Shown here piece after piece: positions 48,901 to 62,800 of a DNA stretch of 64,000 bases (positions are counted from its first letter, which is position 1; each line of letters starts with the position of its first letter). Both the position numbers and the translations under genes were made by a program. The DNA is from Macrostomum lignano. Its lineage: Eukaryota. The notes under the pieces are model-generated. The model saw only the letters and a program-made list of their open reading frames with translations, searched no databases and had not been told where the DNA came from. The stretch is taken from contig NIVC01003872.1 of assembly GCA_002269645.1 (NCBI GenBank), positions 8,775-72,774 on the forward strand, given 5' to 3'.

Positions 48901-50985
48901 TGCGATTCGCGTTTGCGGACGAGGTCTGGCTGAAGGAGTACATCTGGTCCGCCATAGGCAGCTTCATGCAGCAGGGCCAGGATTTCTATCCATTCGCCAT
49001 GAGCCCCCGGACTGTTTTGGCGTTCTGGTGGATGCTCACTGTGATCATTTTTGGCACCTATACAGGTAAGTGTAGTGAGTGAAACGAGACTAGACTGCTT
49101 GTTGTATAGGACTCGTTATTCTGCGCAAATCTGCGCTTGCGTGCGCATTTTCGCGAACTACAGGGTTGCTGTAGTTTGTTTTTGTTGTTGTTGTTGTCGT
49201 TGTCGTCGATAGTTGCCGAAAGCTTGCAGGCGAGAAGAATTGCGATCAGTATATTTATTGAGTAATTGAGCTGAGTCAAGCTAAAGTCGCACCATGCACA
49301 TTTGATATTGTACGCATAAGGGGAGAGCTAGCAGAATCACGCGGCGCAGCCGCTAACAACCGCCCCAACACACACGATAGTAGGCGCTGCCTACAGTAAG
49401 TGTTCGAAAAGCCTTTTTGAGGCAAACGCTTTGTAGCTCGTATAGAAACATGAGCACAGTTTGTTTTTTAATGCCGCTATAAACTCCTATATCCGTCCCG
49501 ATGAAGGCGATTTGACCTCAAAACTGGCCGTGACGGTTTCCAAGTACCCAATCGAAAGCCTGGAACAGCTGGTGTCCCTGCCGCAGTACAAGGCCATGGT
49601 GCCGCTCGGGACCAACATCTACTCTTCGATGATGGCCGCCACAGAGGGACCGCTGGTCAAGCTGCGGCAGATGAAAGTGCTGACGCAGTCCTTTGACACC
49701 TGCGCCATGAGTGTGAGCTACTAGCGCCAGCTGTACAAGCGCATTTGCACCAAACCACAGTTCATTACACAAGCTTAAGCTGCAATCAAACTGCTTTCAA
49801 TTCTTTCAGCTGATTACCAGCACGGATCCTTACCTGGTGTGCATCTCTGACGTGAACGTGAACCTTCTGTACGCCAGCCGGTACTGCCAGTACGTGTACA
49901 ATGTTTACAACTACTTCAATCCGTACTACATTGCAATCGCCTTTCCAAAGGACTCATATTATATCGATGCATTCAACTTTTTGTAAGTAAAACTTCATTC
50001 TGACGCTTTGCGATGCTCTTTAATGCGTTTATATTAGTCTCAAAACGAAAATCTGAAACGAAAGGCAAAATGAACTCTTGGATTGGCAAATGGTGCTTTC
50101 AAGTAGCTTGTACTTATAATTTGTGGTTCACGCACATCAGTAAAACAAATTTAACTTTATTCAAATTTCAAAAATTTTATGAAAAGCAGCTGTAAGTTAT
50201 TATCCAAAAACTAAACTATTAAAACTGACTAAACTTAGATGTTGCAGTAACACGTGGGATGCATTTGCATGTATTAACAGCTAGAAATTTTTTCTGCTTG
50301 AATCGAATACTTCTAGTTAATATTTGGTATTGTCTTTAAGTGACTAATGGTACTATATTTAAATTCGAAAACTTCTTATTGTTATTTTAGGTTCTTTTCG
50401 TAAATCTATGCGTATAATTTTTGGCCTACGAGCTACAATGTTACGACGTTAAGACGAAAGAACGTCATTAAGAAAACGTAAAAAATTAGCAAAACAATTA
50501 GATCTCTGGGAAATAAAGCCAGGTGTCATCGTTATATTTCACCGTTATATTTTAGTTTAGCCCTAAATACCAATTAAAGGCAAATTAAAATTTCGCTAAT
50601 GAAACTAAGAAACTTTTGATTCAATAATCATACAGACTTTTTAATAACTCTTTATTAATATTATCTTATCTTTTTATAATAACTCATACTTATTATTCTG
50701 GGTACGAAAGCGTAAAGGCAGCATTTGCCTGCCAATTGCAGCATTCAGCGTGGCAAAGCTGCGGGCGTGGTCGACCTGATCAACAGCAAGTACATTCCAC
50801 TGACCTCAGACTGCGGCACGGGCGCCACAGCGGCTGCCGAGGCGGCGGCCATCCCGCTGGAGGGCGTGGGAGGCGCCTACATCCTCAGCTTGGGGCTGTA
50901 CGTGTGCGGCTTCCTCATCCTGCTGGTGGAGCTGCTCTGGGTGATCCTCATGAAGAAGGAAACGCTGGATTTTCCAGGATTTTGA
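45967..50985 (+). CDS. Ionotropic glutamate receptor-like / IR-like channel subunit, paralogue 1 (signal peptide, ATD, S1, M1-M2-M3, S2, M4)
   Basis: Multi-exon (approx. 45967-46201, 46545-46682, 46768-46877, 46951-47132, ~47189-47408, ~47490-47640, ~47827-48061, ~48300-48430, ~48470-48564, 48651-49065, 49507-49714, ~49811-49983, 50741-50985). EADITIPMAINTFRSKVIDYS, LWNVFTPL, WSAIGSFMQQGQDFYP, FWWMLTVIIFGTYTG|DLTSKLAV, YPIESLEQL, PLGTNIY, CISD, IPLEGVGGAY + M4. Confidence 0.85.
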
Positions 50986-51256
50986 GACTGCTCAGATCTC
51001 CGAATACTTTTCATTTGTGGTCTGCTCTGATATTAGACTTGCAGTGAAGTCTACAAATGCACCTATTAATTCGCACCTGAGCTCACGTCTACGGTAGAGT
51101 GAGTCTGATGCGCTACAAGACAAGCACTTTATTCCCACACGTACGCTCGTACCACAGATATAGGGAGCAAAAAAAGTCATTTAATTTGGATTCAACTCTA
51201 AGGTAACCCCACGGCATAGAGTAATGTTTTCTGACTGCGTCACACCGGCTCGATAG

Positions 51257-51292
<36 letters not shown>

Positions 51293-51699
51293 AAATTTTT
51301 TTTAAAAATATCGATCCATCCATCTGTCGGGTTTTTAGGTGACTCTGAATATAACAGAGCATTCGCGCTTGAACTGCCAATATCGATTCTTGGATCCCTG
51401 ATTAATTGAACAGTCTGCAGTTAATTGGATGCCGTAAATTATCAGAGATTTTCTATATTCTTGCTATCAATATTGAGTCCTCAGATGTAGATTTTGACAT
51501 AAAACGAAATACATTTCCGTTAATGAAATGGTGAGTCAGCTGTCTCAACACCAAGCAGCTCAAGAATATTCGCTTTATACCACTAGTGACGAGCTTAGTA
51601 TATGAACGAAGCAGTGCCTCAACTTCTCAAAAACTTCCTCTTTAAAAGGATGAATCAAAAGTGTTGTGAAGAAGATGATTTCAATTTTTGCAGCGTAAC

Positions 51700-52110
51700 T
51701 AAAAGCAGGTATTAAGAAAGCTAATTACTATTACAGAAATATTCACTATGGGCCAAGATGTCTTTTTGTGTCCTTTGCCCATCTGAAAGCGGCTGTGGCT
51801 CACTGTGAAACAGCCGTGTTTGCTACTCTGCCAAAGCTGCTCATGTGCAACGTGAGCTGAACATGGAATCGAACATGGCAACGCCATTAATTTGCAGATT
51901 ACTTTAAAAAGAACAGAAATGGTCAATCCTATTGATAAATCGACCATGACCCATCGAAAACGACGTAAAGAGCCCCTTCGGATCATCTTGCATAACCATC
52001 AAAAATGCGACACCATGTAAAAACAAGCTATTCGCGACACAACAAGACTGCCAAGGGCTGGTAACGCAAACCAAAGAAGAATTTCTTGAAAAATGCAGTC
52101 TGTCCTCCAA
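51700..52110 (-). mobile_element. Possible highly decayed RT fragment (CR1/L2-like)
   Basis: Minus-strand translation CVT..W..GVAFL..D.KG.F..INRIDHF..QING loosely follows the RT block SC.T.L..V.FLD..KAFD..WI..FL..V.ING. Weak match. Confidence 0.25.
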
Positions 52111-52355
52111 GGCAAAGCATCTTCGCCAAAGCTCTTAATTAACGCGAATCAATGCATTGGATATTCAAGTTTACAAGGGGACTCGCCATGAGAAAATGGA
52201 GCTTTTCCTAATAACGAGGCCAATAATTAGAATGCATCAGCTTTCCTGAGTAGTCCGTCAGAGGCCCCCAGTATAAAAATCTGACTGTAGCGTCGAATTC
52301 TCCAATCTGCCCGAAAAAATCTACGCTCGAAACAACAACAAATCTAGCCAGTGAG

Positions 52356-55300
52356 ATGCCTGATACTAAAGCTTCTGACCGAGCTGTCGCCGCGCCGCTC
52401 TGCGCTCTCCTCGCGCTGTCCACCTGCGCAGGAGCCGTCAAACTGGCGGTGGTCTCTCAGAACGGCAGCATTGGAGACTTGGCCGTGAGCCGAGCCATCG
52501 ACCTGCTCATCAACAACTACTGGAAGCTGACGGCATTCAAGACAAACCCCATGACGCACGTCTTTGTTCAGGCCAGCGATGCTGTCGAGGCTATGCGAGC
52601 TGGTACGCGTGCGCTGGTATACTCACTGCATCGCCAGTTAATGCAGTATAATTTTGAGCCACGGAGCGAACCATTTCAACCCCAATTTTTACGGAAGGTA
52701 GCCGAATTTTAGGTTTAGGTACAAATGATTTTTTCATGTCCGTAAAATTCCAGTGTGCAACACACCCGGCCTGCACGGAGTAGTCGCCGTGGGCTCCTGC
52801 GCCTTCGTGACCGACGTTCTGGCCGTCTCCACCTCAATCAGCGTGCCGGCCGTCGCTGTCTTTCGCGATCTCTGCTTCATCAACAATACCAATCGTATTT
52901 ATATTTATTAAACTCTGTCTTTATGGCATGTGCTCCATGAAACAGTCAGTTAAAGAGTTTGCATTCCTCACAATTTTGCAGCCGTGACTCTAATCTCGAA
53001 CCCGGACGTCGGAACTTTCCTGGAAGCTGCTGCGACAATCGTGAGTCGGCTCGAGCAAAAGGCCATCGTTGTCTTTTACGATAAGTATCAAGGTAAGTCT
53101 CAAAGGTGCACGTACAGCTTTGCAGTGTGAGTCTCACAAGCTCTCTAATCTGATTGCAGATCACCGTCTTCTGGAGAAGCTGCAGCAACTGCTATCGGAT
53201 AAAAGCATCCCCAGCCTGACTTTCCAAATCGATGACTCAGCAAGCAACCTGACCAGCATACTGAGAAACGTCGTTTGGAAGCGTTATCGAAACACATTGG
53301 TTCTGTGCACGCCTGAAAATGTCAACGCCGTTTTACGAGAGGTGCGAATTCATAATTGTTTTTGGCACACTTTATACCTATCCTGGCATTCACTAAGAGC
53401 ATGTTAATTCATTAGAGCCTTTCTCAACACAGGCTCGGAACACGGGCACACTGAAACTCAACTACTTCTGGACAGTGATCGACACGGGAGTTCGACTTGT
53501 GTCCATCGAGGACCTGCTCCCTACAAACGAGTCTGCAAACATTCTTGTGATCCGAGAGTCGCCCATAGACTTGAAAACGGCCTCAGCCGGTTGCACCTCA
53601 CAGCTCAAGGCCGTGTTTCCGGACTGCCAAATGAGAAAATACTCGGTAAGCCTTTATTTACACACTTCTGCAATAGATTCTAGGCGCTGTCACCAGCCCC
53701 AGACTCTGATCATGACTGTAGATGCTGGAGATGAAGGCAGTAGAGGCCGTGCTGTCGTTCGCCAGCGCTACGCAGAGCCTACTGGACAGTTCCGGTCTTC
53801 CTGCCAGCAACGCGTCGTGTCGGCCGTTGCAGCCGTGGTCGGCGGGTCCCGCACTAGCTGCGCAGCTGAAGCAGGTACGGATCGTACCGGAGCAGGTGCT
53901 CATGGATGATGTCGTCTGTCTCAGTCTGCTCAGTCGAAACCGTTCACCTTTGTAGCTGCGACAGCCGCTGTCAGCTGGGAGCAGCTGGACACCCAGCGAC
54001 TACTTTCTGGAGGTGCAGGCGACGTTCCACGACGAGTTCTCCGACCCGGTCCGGTTCGTCAACAGCGGCCGTTTCTTTGTAGGGAACGGCTCTTTAGAGG
54101 TCAGCTTCCGCTACAGAGGTCGGAGCCTCATCTTCCCCAACACGTTTATCGACTTTAAGAACAAGACTATTCGGATTTGTTCTGTTGCGGTTCGTTGATT
54201 TTTCTTGTTAGTAAACCAACTGTCGTGTCCTCTTTGTTTCGCATTTGTTTCGCATTGTTTCGCATTTTAGACGAAACCACAAACTGAGTACTCAAACGGA
54301 ACTTTTGGCGTTGCCTCGGGTATCACTGCTGATCTGGCAGCTTTCTTTTCAAAACATCTGAATTTTAGGTAATGCCGAGTTAAGAGATGTTGATGTTATT
54401 TAAGTCGAACAGCTGAATCTCAAATTTTTATTTTAATCGGAAACACTTTTTTACTTTCAGTTACACGATTTTTACGCCCCCAGACAACCAGTTTGGGGCT
54501 CCAGTCCCTGGCTCGCTCTTCTACACAGGCTGTATCGGAATGGTTCAGAAGGGAGTGAGTGCCCTTGTTTTTTCCTTTTGCGAGAAATAAATATGCTGAA
54601 TAGAGACTACATTAAGCTGGAAACGGTCCGCGGACGAATTGCAGGAGGCCGACTTTGCTACGCCCTTTGCCACCACGTTGATCCGGTCGCAGGTGATTGA
54701 CTATTCAGAAGAGTTTATTTTCTCCTCCAACACCATTCTGGTGAAAAGACCCATGGCCGAGTCCAAGCTGTGGAATGTGTTTGCGCCGCTCTACTGGGAT
54801 TCCTGGACTCTAATTGTGAGCATGTTTTTGGTAGTGCCGCTTCTCATCTACGGGTTGGCTAGCAGCAGCTCATTCACTGGCTGGAACCTTCAACTCAGCT
54901 TCGCCTTTGCTGACGAGGTCTGGCTGAAGGATTACATTTGGTCAGCGATTGGCAGCTTCATGCAGCAGGGTCAGGACTTTTATCCCTTTGCCATGAGTCC
55001 TCGAGTGGTGATGGCTTTCTGGTGGATGTTGACGGTTATCATATTCGCTTCGTACACTGGTAAGTTTGGTGCGTCTGTGACTTGTCAGCAATGCATGAAA
55101 CCATGCAGCAATACAGGGACTCTCATTTGCAGGTGACCTCACGGCCAAGCTGGCAGTGACTGTGGCCAAGTACCCAATCCAGAGCTTGGACGATCTCATC
55201 TCCAAGCCGCACTACAAGGCCATGCTGCCCAGAGGCACCAACATCTACGCTGCTGTGCTGAGCGCCACAGAGGGGCCGCTTGCCAAGCTTAGGGATCAGT

Positions 55301-56066
55301 GGGAGTTAGTTGACTCCTTCGACACCTGCGCTACGAATGTAAGTCCAGCGATGATTGCTTTGGCTTGTAGTTTTGGATTTGATGCGTCAATTCAGCGTAG
55401 CGTTTTTCAAATTTGAACAAAGAGTGTTTGCTTGCGAAAATGCGAATCCAATTTTAAAAAATAGTCTTCGTATTCCTCGAATCGCGCAGCTGGTGACCAT
55501 CAAGGACCCATACCTGGTGTGCATTTCGGATCTGATTGTTAGTCTGCACTACGCCAACGAGCTGTGCGAAGACATCTACAACGCCGACAACTACTTCAAC
55601 CCGTACTTTATGGCCATGGCCTTCCCTCAGGACGCTTACTACCTGCCCGCGGTTGACTTCCTGTGAGTTGGCCTGAATGGCTGACGGCTTGGAGCTCAGA
55701 AGTTCTGTAGTTTAGTCTCAGGTTGTCAGCGAATGCATGATGGATGGAATTTTAGGAAGAGAATTTTTGAAATGTTTTTACTCTCAAACAGTTCTGAATG
55801 GAGCAGTTTTTTTTTCTTTTAGGATTCAGAGAAGCAAAGCGAACGGCGTCATGAGCATGATCACTGGCAAGTACATCCCCCAGACTGCCGAGTGCGGCTC
55901 CGCCGTCAGCGCGGCTGCTGAGGCTGCGGCCATCCCCCTGGAGGGCGTTGGCGGTGCCTACATCGTCAGTCTAGCATTCTACGTGTGCGGCGGCGTCATC
56001 CTGCTCGTGGAGCTTTTCTGGGTGTTCAAACTAAGGAACGAGCCGCTGGATTTTCCGGGTTTTTAA
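52356..56066 (+). CDS. Ionotropic glutamate receptor-like / IR-like channel subunit, paralogue 2
   Basis: Same exon structure as paralogue 1. Signal peptide AVAAPLCALLALSTCAGA. EADFATPFATTLIRSQVIDYS, WSAIGSFMQQGQDFYP, SYTG|DLTAKLAV, PRGTNIY, CISD, IPLEGVGGAY. Ends EPLDFPGF* (TAA 56064-56066). No frame breaks noticed. Confidence 0.87.
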
Positions 56067-56108
56067 ACTCGACCATGGTACTTGTTGTCTTGAAGACTTT
56101 TGCAGCTG

Positions 56109-56243
56109 TCTGACATTGGAGCAAGTGACTCAGTTGCTGACATTGGAGCAAGTGACTCAGTTGCTGACATTGGAGCAAGTGACTCAGTTGCTGACATTGG
56201 AGCAAGTGACTCAGTTGCTGACATTGGAGCAAGTGACTCAGTT
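56109..56243. repeat. 27-bp minisatellite, 5 copies, just 3' of paralogue 2
   Basis: Unit CTGACATTGGAGCAAGTGACTCAGTTG. Confidence 0.9.
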
Positions 56244-56969
56244 TTAAAAAATACGAGTAAAATACTCAGTTGAACTGCAACGATGCTCCTACCAAACTAC
56301 TCCTACCGAAATATCAATGAATTTGCTGAGCTCTTTTTATTTGATAGCAAAATCCGGTCTGACTTGATGACGGGTGCGATATGCTATTTTATCCCACGCC
56401 CCGTAGCTTTCTACATCAAATACATCAAGTGAGGGTCATCGCAAGTTTTCGTTGCTACCAAGACCGATGTTTACGAACATTTGGCAATCAACATCTGCTA
56501 ATTGATAATTGGTAATTGATTTTAAAGTTCCCAAGTAAACGTCCGTCCAAAGCGTGGTTTCTCAGCAGTGTAAGGTTTCAATCGGATTCAAGCATTCGAT
56601 TGGTGCATTGATTAATTATAGAATGGTCAGGCATGAAGTCTCAAATTTGAAACATGCACTGAGAGATAAAGATGCGGCGGCTGCGCATTCTCCATGCTGC
56701 AGCAGAGCTGGTACTGCTTTACCGGTATGGCATGAAGGCTGTCTTTATAGCCGATACTCGACAGCAAGCTCTGGATGCGTTCGCACAGGCTGTTACGGTA
56801 TACCATGGGCGTGCGCTCACGACGCTAACTGTCCTGAGCTGATGTCGGCCAGAGACCCGGGCTGGCATATCGGCATTTGGCTGCATCTTGCGCCGACCAC
56901 ACCAGAAGCGCTGGAGACTCTCCTATGTGTAAGGGGCGTAGCAAGATGATCCTTCTTGCGATAACTGTC

Positions 56970-57606
56970 CTGCATCAGGTAACCGAGTGTTTGAGTGCTT
57001 GAGGCAACCCTGCATCAGGTAACCGAGTGTTTGAGTGCTTGAGGCAACCCTGCATCAGGTAACCGAGTGTTTGAGTGCTTGAGGCAACCCTGCATCCGGT
57101 AACCGAGTGTTTGAGTGCTTGAGGCAACCCTGCATCCGGTAACCGAGTGTTTGAGTGCTTGAGGCAACCCTTCATCAGGTAACCGAGCGTTTGAGTGCTT
57201 GAGGCAACCCTGCATCAGGTAACCGAGTGTTTGAGTGCTTGAGGCAACCCTGCATCAGGTAACCGAGTGTTTGAGTGCTTGAGGCAACCCTGCATCAGGT
57301 AACTGAGTGTTTGAGTGCTTGAGGCAACCCTGCATCAGGTAGCCGAGTGTTTGAGTGCTTGAGGCAACCCTGCATCCGTTAACCGAGTGTTTGAGTGCTT
57401 GAGGCAACCCTGCATCAGGTAGCCGAGTGTTTGAGTGCTTGAGGCAACCCTGCATCCGTTAACCGAGTGTTTGAGTGCTTGAGGCAACCCTGCATCCGGT
57501 AACCGAGTGTTTGAGTGCTTGAGGCAACCCTGCATCAGGTAGCCGAGTGTTTGAGTGCTTGAGGCAACCCTGCATCAGGTAGCCGAGTGTTTGAGTGCTT
57601 GAGGCA
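56970..57606. repeat. 40-bp minisatellite, ~16 copies
   Basis: Unit CTGCATCAGGTAACCGAGTGTTTGAGTGCTTGAGGCAACC. Confidence 0.95.
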
Positions 57607-58397
57607 AACGGTAAATTTTCTGGAGGACAAATTTGACGATAAATCAAAGTTTTAATTCTAAACTGTAGGCCGTTAGATTCTGTCCCCAAGCTGCTGTAAT
57701 CTCTCCTTCGTGCTCTGCTGGGGAGGAATGAGCCGTCTACAGTACCTTGCTTATACTTGAATTGTTCGAGCAACCGGGCCAATCCAAGCCATTCAGTTTT
57801 GTCTGAATTTGCTTTAAAAATGCCAAGTTTTCTACAACTGCGTTGGACTTAGCTACTTTGAAGCTGTGTTGAAAAACAACAGCCTATGACTCAAATGTTA
57901 AAAATAGTTCTTTGTTTGCGATGCGAACTCCTAATAATTATAAAGCAGAAGCGTTTTCTTCTTCGATTTAGATTTTTTAGGTTAATCCCCCAGAGAAGAA
58001 TTTTGACCATTGAACGAACCGCTCAGCACTCACTGAAGTCCATCCAAGAAAATTTTCATTGTCAAACGATTTCGCTTTTGTTCAATGTATCTACATTAAT
58101 TGGCGCATCGCAAAAATAACTTTTTAATGGTATTTCTTTTGGCCTTCATTTACCAGGCAGAATTCTTAGCCACACCATGACGAAACAAATCAAGAAATTT
58201 CGTTAGCAAAAGAAGCTGCTGAACAAGTCAAGATTAAAAACACAGACTGCAGGGCAGAATGGATGCGCACTATTATACCTTTTTGCTATTGAATTCGCCA
58301 CTTTAGCGTTTGATTTTGTCCATTGATCGAACATACTAATACATGGAATAAGATCGTGTGCCACTAAAAAGGGGCACTGCGTTTAATTTCAGCAGCA

Positions 58398-58780
58398 GTA
58401 GCCATGAATAGTTCCTTAGATAGCACATGAGCCATGGATAGTTCCTTAGATAGCACATGAGCCATGAATAGTTCCTTAGATAGCACATGAGCCATGAATA
58501 GTTCCTTAGATAGCACATGAGCCATGAATAGTTCCTTAGATAGCACATGAGCCATGAATAGTTCCTTAGATAGCACATGAGCCATGAATAGTTCCTTAGA
58601 TAGCACATGAGCCATGGTTCCTTAGATAGCACATGAGCCATCCTTAGATAGCACATGAGCCATGAATAGTTCCTTAGATAGCACATGAGCCATGGATAGT
58701 TCCTTAGATAGCACATGAGCCATGAATAGTTCCTTAGATAGCACATGAGCCATGAATAGTTCCTTAGATAGCACATGAGT
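58398..58780. repeat. 30-bp minisatellite, ~13 copies
   Basis: Unit ATGAGCCATGAATAGTTCCTTAGATAGCAC, with two internally deleted units. Confidence 0.95.
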
Positions 58781-59880
58781 CATAGGCGAAAGTTAAGGCA
58801 GTTTTGCCGAAATCCATTTCTAGTCTCTTCATTTCTCACATTGGTTTGCCCATAGAGAAGCCTATTTTGTTTCCCCCAAAAGCCCCATTTGAAGTTACAC
58901 CCCCAGATTTGTTTCTTTGGCTTGTTCGCCTCGGCCTAGAAACGCATCCTCAGCCATTCTTTACGCCATAGACAGCAAATCTGGGGGGGGGGGGTTATTA
59001 TATTTGAACCCAAGTGTGGCTCACACTGCGGTTTAAATGAATGGCTTGACGAAGTTAGTCGCAAACGCTGATGTGACTAATTGAATCGAAAAGGGTGCAT
59101 CAAAAATCTGTAATTAACCTGTAATTAAAGTAAACCTAGGTAGAAATCCGGCTTCAATAAGAATTATTCTCAACTTTAAAAGCAAAAACAGCCACAGATG
59201 AGCAATGAAGCACAATCTAGCCAAAGAATGGATAGATTTATTTATAACCGAGCTTTATTGACGTGCGAAGGGAAAGCTGAGAAAATATTGACTTCCGGCC
59301 ATTAGAAAGCTGGAGGTAGAGTCAGAAAACTTTTATAACTGATTGAGTAAAGCAAACAAGTACCTCATCATAAAAAACGGGCTAGGGCTGTGGGAGATCA
59401 ATAACTATCCATCGGAAGTCTTCTTCGATTGCTATTCAACTCTCGAAGCCTCATTATCTTCACGGAAATCAGATATGAAGGTGAGCTGTGAGCAGATTAT
59501 TGATCCATAGACGGAGCAGCGGCGCTAATGACCTGCTGAATTCAATAGAAAAGCTGAGCCCAGCAGCTCGGCGTTGCGAAGCGATGTGACTTCGAGACAG
59601 GGAATATTGACTGACAGCTCAGGTTCTATGGGGCTTAGCAAAGTCTAAGTGACGAATCAATGTAAGCTTGCACCAATCCGATAATCGGGTCATTTTGATT
59701 CTCGCAAATAAGAAGCAATCAAATTTGGAATTATCACAAACGCTTGACTCAACCGGCCACAGCTTCGCCAATCACGGATAAACATTGGCGCATATTTAAG
59801 CGAGAGGATTTTGCGGGGGAGGCTGACCAAGTTTTGTTTTCCGGCTACAGAGTCCCCCGTCCTTCAGTCCAGCCAGTGAG

Positions 59881-62800
59881 ATGACCGCTTGGCACGCCAG
59901 CTTCCGAGCTGTCGCCGCGCCGCTCTGCGCTCTCCTCGCGCTGTCCACCTGCGCAGGAGCCGTCAAACTGGCGGTGGTCGCTCAGAACGGCAGCATTGGA
60001 GACTTGGCCGTGGGCCGAGCCATCGACCTGCTCATCAACAACTACTGGAAGCTGACGGCATTCAAGACAAACCCCATGACGCACGTCTTTGTTCAGGCCA
60101 GCGATGCTGTCGAGGCTATGCGAACTGGTTGGTCTTATTACTAATAAGCTTTTCAGATGAGGCGTTGTGGTTCTGTCGCTCGGATAAGGAGATAACCTTG
60201 TAGCTTATCTCCTTAATCGCTCAAATCTACAAATCTAAATATTTACTGAGCGATTAAACTAGGCCATCAGAATATTGCTAATATCATTTCCGCTTTAAAG
60301 TCAGAGACTCCTGAGGAGAGTCAGATTTCGATACACATTAGAAACTAAGATGCACTACACTACCAGTTGTTTTGCACCTGCCTCGGTTTTATATCTTCAA
60401 CGCATTCTTTTTCGATTCAAAACTTAACAATACAGACAGTTTAGCTACAAGCGTAATTCAAGACACATAAGTCTAGACACTTCCATAAATGCCAGTTTAA
60501 AACATAATCCAAACCGAGCAAAACGATTTGTCACACTACAAGTAGCATGTCTAGCAACGTACGAGTATGGTCAATAAATCTGTCACTGTCACCAAGCCAC
60601 AGGCAAACAAAATTTGCATAGGTGCAGTTTTCTATGAAGACTGAAAAACAAATTCCAGTGTGCAACACACCCGGCCTGCACGGAGTAGTCGCCGTGGGCT
60701 CCTGCGCCTTCGTGACCGACGTTCTGGCCGTCTCCACCTCAATCAGCGTGCCGGCAGTCGCTGTCTTTCGCGACCTCTGCTTCATCAACAATACCAATCG
60801 TAATGATATTTATCAATCTTTGTCTTTATGACATGTGCTCCATGAAACAGTCAGTTAAAGAGTTTGCATTCCTCACAATTTTGCAGCCGTGACTCTAATC
60901 TCGAACCCGGACGTCGGAAGTTTCCTGGAAGCTGCTGCGACAATCGTGAGTCGGCTCGAGCAAAAGGCCGTCGTTGTCTTTTACGATAAGTATCAAGGTA
61001 AGTCACAAAGGTGCACGTACAGCTTTGCAGTGTGAGTCTCACAAGCTCTCTAATCTGATTGCAGATCACCGTCTTCTGGAGAAGCTGCAGCAATTGCTAT
61101 CGGATAAAAGCATCCCCAGCCTGACTTTCCAAATCGATGACTCAGCAAGCAACCTGACCAGCATACTGAGAAACGTCGTTTGGAAGCGTTATCGCAACAC
61201 ATTGGTTCTGTGCACGCCTGAAAATGTCGACGCCGTTTTACGAGAGGTGCGAATTCATAATTGTTTTTGGCACACTTTATACCTATCCTGGCATTCACTA
61301 AGAGCATGTTAATTCATTAGAGCCTTTCTCAACACAGGCTCGGAACACGGGCACACTGAAACTCAACTACTTCTGGACAGTGATCGACACGGGAGTTCGA
61401 CTTGTGTCCATCGAGGACCTGCTCCCTACAAACGAGTCTGCAAACATTCTTGTGATCCGAGAGTCGCCCATAGACTTGAAAACGGCCTCAGCCGGTTGCA
61501 CCTCACAGCTCAAGGCCGTGTTTCCGGACTGCCAAATGAGCAAATACTCGTAAGCTTTTATTTACACACTTCTGCAATAGATTCTAGGCGCTGTCACCAG
61601 CCCCAGACTCTGATCATGACTGTAGATGCTGGAGATGAAGGCAGTAGAGGCCGTGCTGTCGTTCGCCAGCGCTACGCAGAGCCTACTGGACAGTTCCGGT
61701 CTTCCTGCCAGCAACGCGTCGTGTCGGCCGTTGCAGCCGTGGTCGGCGGGTCCCGCACTGGCTGCGCAGCTGAAGCAGGTACGGATCGTACCGAAACAGG
61801 TGCTCATGGATGATGTCCTCTTTCTCAGTCTGCTCAGTCGAAACCGTTCACCTTTGTAGCTGCGACAGCCGCTGTCAGCTGGGAGCAGCTGGACACCCAG
61901 CGACTACTTTCTGGAGGTGCAGGCGACGTTCCACGACGAGTTCTCCGACCCGGTCCGGTTCGTCAACAGCGGCCGTTTCTTTGTAGGGAACGGCTCTTTA
62001 GAGGTCAGCTTCCGCTACAGAGGTCGGAGCCTAATCTTCCCCAACACGTTTATCGACTTTAAGAACAAGACTATTCGGATTTGCGCTGTCGCGGTAGGTG
62101 GAAGAGCAAAGAAATGAAAAATTTCGGTTATCTCTTTAGTCCTAAAATAGTTTTTCATTTTCAGTCGAAGCCCTACACCATGTACTCCGGCGGTTAGTGG
62201 GCAATGCTTCTGGCATTACAGCCGATTTGGCTGCGTTCTTTTCGAAGCATCTCAACTTTACGTACGATTGATTTACTTTAAATAAATGCTGGGGCTTTTG
62301 TCTAGACATCAAATAATTTAGTTAGAGAGTTAAACATTAATTTTTCAGCTACTCGATCTTTACGCCACCGGACAACCAGTTTGGCGCCCCGTCTCCTGGC
62401 TCTCCGTACTTTACAGGCTGCATCGGTATGGTGCAGAAAGGCGTGAGTAGCCCAGACTAACCAATTATTTCGACAAGCTTGTCATTCTGAAATGTTCCTC
62501 AAATCACATTTAGGAGGCCGACTTCGCCACACCATTCGCCATCACGACAATCCGATCGAAGGTGATCGACTATTCAGAAGAATTCCTTTTCTCCTCAAAC
62601 ACCATCCTGGTGAAAAGGCCTATGGCCGAGTCCAAGCTGTGGAATGTGTTTGCGCCGCTCTCCTGGGACTCCTGGACTCTCATTGTGGCCATGTTCCTGG
62701 CCGTACGCTCCTTATCTACGGGTTAGCTCGGCTGAGTCCATTCACTGGCTGGAACTTGAACTTGCCCTTCGCTTTTGCTGACGAGGTCTGGCTCAAGGAG

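Noticed and set aside
57600-57782. GTVDG motif suggesting a PIF/Harbinger transposase fragment
   Set aside because: Five-residue resemblance only, with no further DDE motifs.
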